From sequence record NC_070962.1: DNA of 64,000 nucleotides. One strand, given 5' to 3'. The position numbers and the translations under genes were made by a program. Below are positions 30,700 to 40,934 of the stretch, piece after piece. The notes beneath the pieces were generated by a model, which ran no database searches, was not told the DNA's origin, and saw nothing but the letters and a program-made list of their open reading frames with translations. Numbering within the stretch: position 1 is the first letter of the stretch; the number at the start of each line of letters is the position of its first letter.

Positions 30700-33468
30700 A
30701 TGGCAGAAAAATCTTCTGGTGTAAGAGAACTGAGTGTTATAGGCATAGGTACTAGCACTCCATCAATTAAGAGTTCTAGTAATCTAAATCTTAGTGCTTC
30801 AACAGTTGCTGTTGGAGCAACACTGTCTGTAGGTGATACTTTACAATTAGTTGGTGTTAATACCAGTCTTGCAGGAACAGCAGGAACAACTGGTGACATC
30901 AGAATGTTCCATGGTGCTCCATTTATTCATGATGGAACTGCTTGGAGAGAGTTCTATCTTAAAGAAGGTGTACCAGTAACTGAATCTGCTGATACTGAAT
31001 GGGATAATGTTATCTATAGAAACACTTTTGACTCTAGTTTTACTGATTTAAAATTTGGACAGACAGCTTATGATACTTATCTATCTGATGTTGTAGCATC
31101 ACCACGTAAATTTGGTGATAAAGCATTACGATTACGAGATGGTTATATAAGATATCAGCATAGAAGTGAATATGTTTTTGATGGTGATTGGACCATTGAA
31201 GGTTGGATTTATTTTGATACACTGCCTAGTGGTACTGCTAGTGGTGGATCTGGGGATGGATTAATAACCAAACAAAAGACTGGTAATACTACCCATTGGG
31301 CAATTAACGCTGATCTTAGGAACTCTGGATATGTAGATTTTAGTTGGTACAATTCATTTTTACATGGAAGTTCTTATGGTGGCGCAGGAATTGGATCTGT
31401 TACTAATGCAGAGGCTCTGCACAATTGGAATCATTTTGCTTTAGTTAGAGATAGTACTAATGGTTCTTTACACTTCTATTTTAATGGTGTAGAAAGTGTA
31501 TTTACAATAAATGATCAAGTTATAGATAACAATATTGTTGACTACTCTGACCACGATTTATGGTTCGGTTCTTCATATTATCAAGGATATTGGGATGGAT
31601 GTTTTGATGACATAAGAATTTCTACTGTCGCAAGATATACTTCGGTTGGTATTTCTACTACAGCAACATTTACTCCACCTACAGAACCATATCCAACCAC
31701 AGGAACTTTAAGTGGTCCAGTTGATCCACCATATTTTAGTGCAATTACAGAAATTGCTGATTTAAGTGATGTAAATGGAGCAACTCCATCCAATGGTCAA
31801 GTTCTTAAGTGGAATGGAACTCAATGGGCACCTGCAACTGATTTAGTTGGTGTTGGAACAACAGGAGTTGGTATTGGACTTTCAGATCTATCAGTAACAA
31901 CAAATCCTGTAGGAACAAATGCTTTATCATATGATGATACAACAGGAACCTTTACATTTACACCAACATCTTTAGTTGGATATGCTACTGAAACTTATGT
32001 TGACAATGCTGTATCAGGAATTGCAACTACTGGATATGTTGATAATGCGATTGTAGGATTTATTACTTCTGGTGCATCTGGTGCAGGATTAACTGCATTA
32101 ACAGGTGCTGCTGCAGGAACATATGGTGATAATGGAAACTCTGCACAAATTGTAGTTGATGCAAATGGTAGAATTACTAGCATCACGCAGGTAGCAATTA
32201 CTACTGATGGTGCTGGAGTAAATGTCTCTGGAGTTTCAACTTTTAATGATAACGTTTCATTTGGTTCAACCATATTAGTTGATGGTGCTGTAAATCTTGC
32301 AGTTAATAATGCAACAATCACAGGCACTGCTGGTTCAACTGGTGATATTAAGATGATTGGTGGTGCTCCATTCTTCTATGATGGATCTTCTTGGAGAGAG
32401 TTTGCTCTTGCAACTGGCACACCAGTTACTGTTGCTGAAGACACCGAGTGGGATAATGTTATCTTTAGAAATGATTTTGATACGAGTCTTACAGATCAAA
32501 AATTTAGTCAGGCTATAACAGATCAAACTAATTCATCTTTGGTCACATCTCCTGTTAAGTATGGTACTCAAGCATTACGAATACAAAATGGTTATGTAAG
32601 ATATCCACATAGAAGTGAATATAGTTTTGACGGAGAATGGACCATCGAAGGTTGGATGTATTGGGACGCATTACCAACTGGAGCCGCAGCATCAGGATCT
32701 GGAGATTCATTTATATCAAAATATACTCCTGGTAATACTTCCCATTGGGCAATTAGCGCTGATGTCAGGAACTCTGGATATGTAGATTTTAGTTGGTTCA
32801 ATTCCTATCTTCATGGAAGTTCTTATGGTGGCGCAGGAATTGGATCTGTTACTAATGCAGAACTTCTTCAGACTTGGAATCATTTTGCTGTAGTCAGAGA
32901 ACCAGATAATGGTTCGATCCACTTCTATTTTAATGGTGTAGAAAGTGTATTTACAATAAATGATCAAGTTATAGATAACAATATTATTGACATCTCTAAT
33001 TCTTATTTGTACTTTGGTGATAGTTATCATCAAAATTATTTTGACGGATGTTTTGATGACGTAAGAATTTCCAATGTTGCAAGATATACTTCTGTTGGTA
33101 TTTCTACCACAACAACATTTACTCCACCAACTCAGGCATATGCAACTTCAGGAACACTTACAGTTACAACTGATCCACCAGGAGATAAGTATGGTGAGAT
33201 TGGACTTGGAACTTCTCCAACTTGGACAGGAACATCTGGTGTTACTGTTTCACAACAAGATCAAGGAGAGTATCGTCTGACATTTACATCTTCTTATACT
33301 AATGCTGATGATTACTTTGTTCTAACTCAACCAATGGATCAAGGATTTGCTGCATATGTTGGTGCTGCAAGATCTACTACACACGTAGACTTTACAATCA
33401 ATAGACAAAGTAATAATGCAGGAGTAGATACTGGATCACTTGCAGTTCAAGTTACTAATCATCCATAA
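30700..33468 (+). CDS. Tail fibre protein with two tandem LamG/concanavalin-like domains
   Basis: Two copies of EWDNVIxRNxFD...WTIEGW...WNHFAxVR...GCFDDxRISxVARYT, 1449 nt apart. Confidence 0.8.
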   Translation: MAEKSSGVRELSVIGIGTSTPSIKSSSNLNLSASTVAVGATLSVGDTLQLVGVNTSLAGTAGTTGDIRMFHGAPFIHDGTAWREFYLKEGVPVTESADTEWDNVIYRNTFDSSFTDLKFGQTAYDTYLSDVVASPRKFGDKALRLRDGYIRYQHRSEYVFDGDWTIEGWIYFDTLPSGTASGGSGDGLITKQKTGNTTHWAINADLRNSGYVDFSWYNSFLHGSSYGGAGIGSVTNAEALHNWNHFALVRDSTNGSLHFYFNGVESVFTINDQVIDNNIVDYSDHDLWFGSSYYQGYWDGCFDDIRISTVARYTSVGISTTATFTPPTEPYPTTGTLSGPVDPPYFSAITEIADLSDVNGATPSNGQVLKWNGTQWAPATDLVGVGTTGVGIGLSDLSVTTNPVGTNALSYDDTTGTFTFTPTSLVGYATETYVDNAVSGIATTGYVDNAIVGFITSGASGAGLTALTGAAAGTYGDNGNSAQIVVDANGRITSITQVAITTDGAGVNVSGVSTFNDNVSFGSTILVDGAVNLAVNNATITGTAGSTGDIKMIGGAPFFYDGSSWREFALATGTPVTVAEDTEWDNVIFRNDFDTSLTDQKFSQAITDQTNSSLVTSPVKYGTQALRIQNGYVRYPHRSEYSFDGEWTIEGWMYWDALPTGAAASGSGDSFISKYTPGNTSHWAISADVRNSGYVDFSWFNSYLHGSSYGGAGIGSVTNAELLQTWNHFAVVREPDNGSIHFYFNGVESVFTINDQVIDNNIIDISNSYLYFGDSYHQNYFDGCFDDVRISNVARYTSVGISTTTTFTPPTQAYATSGTLTVTTDPPGDKYGEIGLGTSPTWTGTSGVTVSQQDQGEYRLTFTSSYTNADDYFVLTQPMDQGFAAYVGAARSTTHVDFTINRQSNNAGVDTGSLAVQVTNHP

Positions 33469-33528
33469 GCATCTAAATAAATTACTTGTATTATTATCTT
33501 ATAATAAATACTTAAAATCTTAAAGAAC

Positions 33529-35877
33529 ATGGCAATAGATTTTCCTAATTCTCCAGCGTTAAGTGAAATTTTTAATTTTGGAGGTAGTTCTTACATTTGG
33601 AATGGAACTGCATGGGTAGGATATGCTACTGATCTTGTAGTAAATTATAATGCATCATCTATTGTTATATCAAGTGCTGATGTTCCAGTTGGTGCTACTA
33701 CAACATTGAACTTTGATAGTTCATTTTTTGTAGAGTATGATGATGTAGGTATTGCAACTATAAGTGGTGGAGGTGGAGCAGGTGCTGGTGGAACAACTGG
33801 AACTTGGACATTAGGTGCTAATGGAACTAGTGATTTTACATTCACTGGTCCTGGTCTAACTGGTACAGAGAATGATCCAACACTTTATTTGGTAAGAGGT
33901 CAGTCATATAACTTCCAAAGTTCATTAGGTGCTACGCATCCATTTAGAATTCAAAGCACTCCAAATGGATCTACTGGTACACAATATAATGATGGTATTA
34001 CAAATAACGATCTTCAGAACGGAACTCTAGTATGGGACGTTCAGTTTGATGCACCTGACATTCTATATTACCAATGCACTAACCATGGTAATATGGGTGG
34101 TCCAATTTATATTGTTGGAGAATCACCTAACAAAGAACTTACACAACTTCAAGTCACTGGTGTTGCTACAATTACCAATGGCAGAATTCAAGCAAATGCT
34201 GCATCTAACCTAAGATTTGGTAACATTGCTGCTGGATCTGGTAGTGGTAGAAACATTGCAATCGGTGATCAGGTTCTAGGTTCACTCTCCAGTGGTAATG
34301 GTAGAAACATTGGTATTGGTGAACTCTCACTCAATAATGTAACCTCTGGTGGATATAACGTTGGTCTAGGTATCAAAGCAGGACAACTGATTACTAATGG
34401 ACAATATAACGTTGTTCTTGGTGGATATGATGGTAACTCTGGTAATCTAGACATCAGAGGTTTATCTAACCGAGTTGTTATTGCTGATGGTGAAGGAAAT
34501 ATTAGACAATACATCAATAACTCTGGAAGAACTGGTATCAATACAACAGTTCTCACAGATATGCTAACTGTTGGTGGTAGTGTTACTGCTACATCTTACT
34601 CTGGTTCTGGTGTTGGACTTACAGGATTGCCTGCTGGACAACTCACAGGAGCACTACCTGCACTCGACGGTTCTGCACTTACTGGTGTATCTGCTGTTGG
34701 ATCTGGTATTGAAATTAAAGATAGTGGTGCAGCAGTTGGTTCTGCTGCAACGGTCGATTTCTCTACTGGTTTAGATGTAACTCCAGTATCTGCTGGTGTT
34801 GTTACTGTTACAGCAGCTATTCCTGGTATCAGCACAACAGGAACTTCAGGACTTAATGATGTTACTGCAAATGCATTAACAGTTAATGGTGATTTGGATG
34901 TAACAGGTCACACTGAACTTGATCAGGTGAACATAACTGGATATACTACAGTTTCTAATACTGTTAAATTTGGTGACACAAATTTATTAAGATTTGGAGA
35001 TAATGAAGATTTTGGAATCACTTTTAACGGAACTAATTCGTTTATTGGTGGTAATCTTGATAAGGGTGGTGATTTATTCATTAATACACCTAACGATGGT
35101 AGTGGAAAAGTTCAAATTCAAAGAGGAACATTTTTCAATAAAATGGCCGTCTTCAATGATGGTGGTAGTGTAGATCTTTATCATAACAATGCATTAAGAC
35201 TTCAAACAGCAACTGGTGGTATTACTGTTTATGGTAATGTAGCACTTTCTGGTTCTGGTTCACATTTTGTTGGTTCTGGTGCTGGTCTTACAAGTATTCC
35301 TTCAAATCAACTTACTGGTGCATTACCTGCTATTGATGGATCTGCACTATTAAATGTCAACGCAACTGGTGATGGTGTCGTTGTTGAAAACAGTGGATCA
35401 AACGTTGGTTCAGCAAAGACTATCAACTTTGATACTGGTCTAGATGTTACTTACAGTTCTGGTATTGCTACTGTTACTGCATCTGGTGGTTCACTACAAA
35501 ACAGAACAACAGTTTCTGCATCCACAACATCTATTGCAGACAATGCTGTAGGACTTGTAACAGTTACTGGATTTAAGTCTTATGCCCTGATGAAGGTTGG
35601 TTTATCTACAGCAGGTTGGATCAGAATATATACCGATAGTGCATCTAGAACTGCTGATTCTAGTAGAAGTGTTGGAGAAGATCCAGCAGCAGGAAGTGGA
35701 GTTATTGCTGAAGTTGTAACGACAGGCATCTCTACTGAACAAAAGATCTCTCCATTCACAATGGGTGGAAATATGGACGATCCAGTTGATACCACAATCT
35801 ATATGGCAATCACAAATCTGTCTGGAACTACACAATCAATCAACGCAAACCTAACCATTCTTCAACTGGAGGCATAA
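33529..35877 (+). CDS. Tail fibre protein with a cupredoxin-like domain
   Basis: MAIDFPNSP..YIWNGTAW start, HPF...YYQCTNHGNMGG motif, GSGAGLT fibre repeats. Confidence 0.75.
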   Translation: MAIDFPNSPALSEIFNFGGSSYIWNGTAWVGYATDLVVNYNASSIVISSADVPVGATTTLNFDSSFFVEYDDVGIATISGGGGAGAGGTTGTWTLGANGTSDFTFTGPGLTGTENDPTLYLVRGQSYNFQSSLGATHPFRIQSTPNGSTGTQYNDGITNNDLQNGTLVWDVQFDAPDILYYQCTNHGNMGGPIYIVGESPNKELTQLQVTGVATITNGRIQANAASNLRFGNIAAGSGSGRNIAIGDQVLGSLSSGNGRNIGIGELSLNNVTSGGYNVGLGIKAGQLITNGQYNVVLGGYDGNSGNLDIRGLSNRVVIADGEGNIRQYINNSGRTGINTTVLTDMLTVGGSVTATSYSGSGVGLTGLPAGQLTGALPALDGSALTGVSAVGSGIEIKDSGAAVGSAATVDFSTGLDVTPVSAGVVTVTAAIPGISTTGTSGLNDVTANALTVNGDLDVTGHTELDQVNITGYTTVSNTVKFGDTNLLRFGDNEDFGITFNGTNSFIGGNLDKGGDLFINTPNDGSGKVQIQRGTFFNKMAVFNDGGSVDLYHNNALRLQTATGGITVYGNVALSGSGSHFVGSGAGLTSIPSNQLTGALPAIDGSALLNVNATGDGVVVENSGSNVGSAKTINFDTGLDVTYSSGIATVTASGGSLQNRTTVSASTTSIADNAVGLVTVTGFKSYALMKVGLSTAGWIRIYTDSASRTADSSRSVGEDPAAGSGVIAEVVTTGISTEQKISPFTMGGNMDDPVDTTIYMAITNLSGTTQSINANLTILQLEA

Positions 35878-35880
35878 TAA

Positions 35881-37851
35881 ATGGCAATATCGACACATAC
35901 AGTTTCTATTGCAGGAACCTGGACAAGAGTAAACCTAATGGAACAACTTGGTGAAGGTCTTGAGTGGTTAGGTTGGCATAGTATTGCTGGTTCTGGATCT
36001 TCAGAAACTGGTAAGATTTGTGGATTTCAAACATTTTACGGTGGTGGTGAATTGCCTGCAGGAGCACCATATCAACCATTATACTATGATGTATTTCCAG
36101 TAGCAACAACTGGTATTGGAACTGGAGCATCATTCTTAGTACAAAGATGTCCATTTAATGGTGATAATAACACCAGCAGTGCTAGAGTTATTGATTCGGT
36201 TTTGGTTAATCGTCCTGGTTATGGATATACTGCTGGAGAAGTTGTAACACTTTCTGCCGAAGATATTGGTGGTTCTGCAAATGGTGCAACAGATATGACA
36301 ATTCCAGTTGTCATTGAATCTGATGTGTCTGGTGGTAATTCTTATGTTTGTACATTTACAGGTTATATCCCTCTCAATATGGAAGCATGGGGTAGAAATG
36401 GATTTGTTTCTGGATCATGCACTAACACTTATGTCGAAATTCAAGAAGGTGACACTTTAGGTTTTGATAATAATAGTTCTTGGGATGATATAGCACTTTG
36501 TTGGAGAAATCATCCAATTAATGATACTTTAGTGCATGAATTTACTAATGAAAATAGAGTTTTTAATATTAACGGTCAGTTTACAAGTGGTGGTTCAGTT
36601 GTAAACTTTACTCCATTACCTGGTCAAGCAGGAAAATATTATCTACGTGAAGATAGTTCAGACATTAGACCTTATGTCAATGATGATGTAGGTAATGTAG
36701 TTGTAACTGCAGCAACTTCTGGTATTTCTACAGTTGGATTTGGTACAACCAACAGTTGGTATCATGTTGACTATACGAATACTAACAGACCATGGGCAAT
36801 TTGGAGACAAAGTTTTGACGAGAATAAAAAGTTTGGTGCAACATATAGATTATTTTGTGCATATGACAGCAACAATACTATCACTCAATGGGTTGGTAGT
36901 GGATGGCATCCTTCAACAAAAACTGCATCTGCTACTAGATATTATAGTGGTGGACATGGATATGGTAAGAGATTTGCTGGAGTAGATGGATTAGATAGTG
37001 GTCATCTTAATTCCTTTTATGAATATGGTTATTGCTCATTTGAAAGTGGAGTGGGTTCTGGTCAGATAGAAGCACATACAAATGCATATTTAACTCATGG
37101 TGGAGTTACAAACAAACAACTTGATTTGAATATTTACAGATCAGGAATTGATCCAAGTTTTGCAGTATTTTCGTATTATGAACCAGATGCATCTGCAACA
37201 AGATGGGACGGGAGAAGTAGTAATGCTTGGTTCTTCCATAACTTCTCCCAAAATGTTTGGGATCTAGATGAATGCTTTACTTCAGGAACAACATTTATTG
37301 ATGATAATGGACAAGGTGGTGTAAATCCAACAATTCGTTTCACTACATGGGTTGGAGGAACTCATGATCATAGCCAGAGTGATGAACCAGCAAAACGTGC
37401 TGGTGAGTTTGGTTATGCTGGAATTGATAATGAGGAAGACTTTACTGCATATATTACTACTGACTATCAATCACAAATAGTTCCATCAAGATCATCTACT
37501 TACCAAGGTGATCATACTGAAATGTTGATTTATCATAGATCAACAAATTCTGCAATGAATCGCAAAAATGTTGGAACTAATGTTGGAAATAACACAGTAC
37601 AAGATACGGTAGGTGTTGATTTCAATCCAGTTATTAAAGGAATTCCACTTAGTGGAAAGATGGTTCCTTGTCCTTATTATCTACCAGATGACTTTGTATT
37701 GATTGACTTCTATTACGGTTCAAGTAATGAATTCATTGATCAGGGAGATACAATTACAATTAGTGGTAGTGAAATATACACAGTAATTGTTGCTTCATAC
37801 TATCAAGGATCAGGAACAACAGGTATTGCATTCTGTGCGAGGACAACCTAA
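35881..37851 (+). CDS. Virion/tail protein, paralogue A of a duplicated two-gene module
   Basis: C-terminus VIKGIP..MVPCPYYLPDDFVLIDF..QGDTITISGSE..CAR is nearly identical to that of 38111..39766. Confidence 0.65.
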   Translation: MAISTHTVSIAGTWTRVNLMEQLGEGLEWLGWHSIAGSGSSETGKICGFQTFYGGGELPAGAPYQPLYYDVFPVATTGIGTGASFLVQRCPFNGDNNTSSARVIDSVLVNRPGYGYTAGEVVTLSAEDIGGSANGATDMTIPVVIESDVSGGNSYVCTFTGYIPLNMEAWGRNGFVSGSCTNTYVEIQEGDTLGFDNNSSWDDIALCWRNHPINDTLVHEFTNENRVFNINGQFTSGGSVVNFTPLPGQAGKYYLREDSSDIRPYVNDDVGNVVVTAATSGISTVGFGTTNSWYHVDYTNTNRPWAIWRQSFDENKKFGATYRLFCAYDSNNTITQWVGSGWHPSTKTASATRYYSGGHGYGKRFAGVDGLDSGHLNSFYEYGYCSFESGVGSGQIEAHTNAYLTHGGVTNKQLDLNIYRSGIDPSFAVFSYYEPDASATRWDGRSSNAWFFHNFSQNVWDLDECFTSGTTFIDDNGQGGVNPTIRFTTWVGGTHDHSQSDEPAKRAGEFGYAGIDNEEDFTAYITTDYQSQIVPSRSSTYQGDHTEMLIYHRSTNSAMNRKNVGTNVGNNTVQDTVGVDFNPVIKGIPLSGKMVPCPYYLPDDFVLIDFYYGSSNEFIDQGDTITISGSEIYTVIVASYYQGSGTTGIAFCARTT

Positions 37852-38093
37852 TGGCAGACTATTCTTTCTCACATATAACTGTACCATCACAAAGTATGTT
37901 CGATACTGCTACTAGACTTACGACTGGTAGCACTATTCGATCAGGAGATAGTCCTTTTTATATTACTATAACCAATGGTGGTGTTCGATTAAGAGCATTT
38001 GATGTTACATATACATCTGGAACAGTAAATGTCTTTAATCGTGGTCAGGATAGACCTGCAACAGGTCAGATGTATCCTAGATTTAATAAATAA
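37851..38093 (+). CDS. Small partner protein (MADY...GQMYPR)
   Basis: TAATG stop/start overlap with the upstream gene. Termini match 39766..40872. Confidence 0.7.
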   Translation: MADYSFSHITVPSQSMFDTATRLTTGSTIRSGDSPFYITITNGGVRLRAFDVTYTSGTVNVFNRGQDRPATGQMYPRFNK

Positions 38094-38110
38094 CTAAAAA
38101 ATAAAAAACA

Positions 38111-39766
38111 ATGGCAGTATCCATCAGTACGATTACAAAATCAGCAGGTTGGGCAAGATCTGATGTTATTCTTGCACTTGAAGAAGCATTTGAAATTGTA
38201 GAGTTCCATGGTGCAACTCAGACTGGCATCGTTACAAATATCCTTTATCAAAATGGTGGAACAGATGATGGATCTAATAATGGACAATATTACACTGATA
38301 TAGAAGCAGTATCTACTTCTGGTATTGGAACTGGAGCAAGTTTTGATATCTACAGGAATAGTGGTACTGTATCTGCAATAAATGTCAATCGTCCTGGTTA
38401 TGGGTATACTAATGGAGAATACTTAGTTCTTGCTGCTTCTGATATTGGTGCAGCAGTTGGTTTAGGAATTACCGTTAGTGTTGCAGGAAGAGGTTCAGCA
38501 ACATCATTTGGATCTACAACTACATTTTATGTTAAAAATGTTGGTGTAGGATCTGAATATCCATTTGGTGTACTGAGACACGAAATTGAATCAAATAAAA
38601 AATATGGAACTATTTGTAGAGCATTCCAGGTATGGAGTGATAACCAAATTTCTTTTGGTGTAGGACCATTCTTCCATCCATATTCAGCAAAATATGATCC
38701 TATTGCAGTAAATGAGTCTTATAATGATAGTGATAATGGGACTACTGGATATCAATACCAATTTGTCGGAAAAAGAGTCTATGATGCTGTATCCGTTAAT
38801 AATCAAGTAATTCCTGAAGATTTTTATAGTGCTTGGTATCAACCAAGTTCTACTGATGCTTTTGATGGAGATGGCAATTACGGCGCGGCATCAATCAACC
38901 AAACTGGTCAATGTTTTAATGGTAATAATACAGGAAGCAATATCAAATTTGCTACAGCAACATCACCAACAACACATGATCTTAAGTTAAGAATCTATCA
39001 ATCTACTTTAGATCCTAAGTTTGCTATATTTTCATTTACTCAACCATCTGTAGCAGGATCAAAAATCAGTGATAATACATTTTTAACATTCTTCTTCCAT
39101 AATTATACATCTTCCTTGTGGGATTATGATCATCAATGGAATGGTGGTTTAACATTGATCAGACCAGCAGCATCTTCAGCAAGTAATGCAGGAAATTATT
39201 GTGAGATAAATTTTGATACTTTTCTAGGTGGAAATGCAAACTATGATTCTTCTTATAGTTCTAGTTATTACTATAATTTTGGTAGTCACGGTGGTGGAAG
39301 ATCTGCACTAATGGGATATGGGTCTGTATCTGGATCATATTATGATGGTGATGCAGAAATACATTTAACAACTCAGTATAGAGCAACTGGAACAAATTAT
39401 GCTGCAATGCAAACAAATTGGTACAGCACTCCCACTGATTACAATCAAGCTGTCTGGGGTTCTAGTTCACAAAAAATATATGTTAGAAGAAGTACGGATA
39501 TAAAAGATCCCTACACTATGGATGCATCACAAAATTATAATGCAGTTATCAAAGGCATTCCTGTATGTTCAAGTATGGTTCCTTGTCCATATTATCTACC
39601 AGACGATTTTGTATTGATTGATTTCAGATATGCGACTTCAGAAACAGATATTCAGCAAGGTGATACAATTACAATCAGTGGTTCTGAAGTTTATGAAGTA
39701 ATTACTGGTTCATACAATCAGTATGTAGAAACTGCAGGAATCTTACTCTGTGCAAGGAAAGTCTGA
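38111..39766 (+). CDS. Virion/tail protein, paralogue B
   Basis: Homologous N- and C-termini to 35881..37851. Late promoter at 38086. Confidence 0.65.
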   Translation: MAVSISTITKSAGWARSDVILALEEAFEIVEFHGATQTGIVTNILYQNGGTDDGSNNGQYYTDIEAVSTSGIGTGASFDIYRNSGTVSAINVNRPGYGYTNGEYLVLAASDIGAAVGLGITVSVAGRGSATSFGSTTTFYVKNVGVGSEYPFGVLRHEIESNKKYGTICRAFQVWSDNQISFGVGPFFHPYSAKYDPIAVNESYNDSDNGTTGYQYQFVGKRVYDAVSVNNQVIPEDFYSAWYQPSSTDAFDGDGNYGAASINQTGQCFNGNNTGSNIKFATATSPTTHDLKLRIYQSTLDPKFAIFSFTQPSVAGSKISDNTFLTFFFHNYTSSLWDYDHQWNGGLTLIRPAASSASNAGNYCEINFDTFLGGNANYDSSYSSSYYYNFGSHGGGRSALMGYGSVSGSYYDGDAEIHLTTQYRATGTNYAAMQTNWYSTPTDYNQAVWGSSSQKIYVRRSTDIKDPYTMDASQNYNAVIKGIPVCSSMVPCPYYLPDDFVLIDFRYATSETDIQQGDTITISGSEVYEVITGSYNQYVETAGILLCARKV

Positions 39767-40872
39767 TGGCAGATTATTCACTTTCTCAATTAACAACAGT
39801 CCAATCTTCTGGACTTTCTACTAGTTTCCGAGCAGCAACAGAAAACGCAGATGTAACTCTTACAGCAGTTCCTGGTACATCTCACGCAGCATTTACATCA
39901 AATGCTACTCTTCAGGCAGCAATAAGAAACTTTATTGGTTCAACTAATCCAGGTGGTCCTATTCCAAATGCACAGTTTACTATCATTCCTAGTGATGGTG
40001 AGACACATACTGTAGATGGTACATCATACCCAGTTATGGGAAAATTATATGTTCCTACAGGTTTAGCAGCAAGTCAAATTGATGTTCTAGTTGTATTTCA
40101 TGGAACTCTTGAGGATGATGATACTACAACTATTGGAAATGCAGCAGTAACTTCTCTTAATTTTTTCCTAGATACAGGTGGTCTTAATTGTAGGGATTTA
40201 ATTATCTTCTCTGCTGCATACCCACAGGATCATATTTCTAATACATTGCAATTTAATATAAGTGGTGTTGGTACAGAAGCATCAACATTTTTGATGGGAG
40301 ATAATATTGTTTACACAAGAGCAGTAGTTGGATGGGTTAAATCTGGTGGACTAAATTCATTTATTGCTGCACAAGGTGGATCTAAAACTATTGGTGATGT
40401 ATATCTGTTCGGTCATTCTCAAGGTGGTAAACTTGTTACAAAGATGAATACCATAGAAGAAGGTATTGCTGGTGTTGTTGCAAATGCTCCTGGTCCCATT
40501 CAGTTTGACCAAACTTGCAGTACAACTCCAAACGTATACTCTTGCACAAAGGTTGCTGCAATTCATGGTGCTTCCACGGGAGATGGATCAGAACCATATA
40601 AATCAATCGGTCTTGAGACTTATACATATCAACATAAAGCACCAATACTATTCACTCAGGCAATATCTGATGGAACAGGTGGTGGAAACCAATATAGTTG
40701 GTTAGTAGATTATGTAAATGATATTGGTGCAACAGCAGATCAAACAGTCAATACTCTCTTTTCAGATTCTGAATTAGTAACTACCGATTTTACGATGGTA
40801 GGACTAACTGCACAAGAACGTGGATGGAACGCACCAGGAAGACCACAGTCTGGTCAGATGTATCCTAGATAA
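39766..40872 (+). CDS. Alpha/beta-hydrolase (esterase-like) flanked by MADY.../GQMYPR termini
   Basis: Nucleophile elbow GHSQGG, upstream VVFHG, downstream ILFTQAISD. TGATG overlap with the upstream gene. Confidence 0.75.
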   Translation: MADYSLSQLTTVQSSGLSTSFRAATENADVTLTAVPGTSHAAFTSNATLQAAIRNFIGSTNPGGPIPNAQFTIIPSDGETHTVDGTSYPVMGKLYVPTGLAASQIDVLVVFHGTLEDDDTTTIGNAAVTSLNFFLDTGGLNCRDLIIFSAAYPQDHISNTLQFNISGVGTEASTFLMGDNIVYTRAVVGWVKSGGLNSFIAAQGGSKTIGDVYLFGHSQGGKLVTKMNTIEEGIAGVVANAPGPIQFDQTCSTTPNVYSCTKVAAIHGASTGDGSEPYKSIGLETYTYQHKAPILFTQAISDGTGGGNQYSWLVDYVNDIGATADQTVNTLFSDSELVTTDFTMVGLTAQERGWNAPGRPQSGQMYPR

Positions 40873-40934
40873 TAAATAGGAGATTGTGAGAAACTAAATA
40901 CTCTTAAGAGATCCACCTAGCTAGGGAATAGTAG

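Noticed and set aside
40901-40927. Short palindromes CTCTTAAGAG and CCTAGCTAGG after a late promoter
   Set aside because: Too short and seen only once, so they cannot be distinguished from chance.
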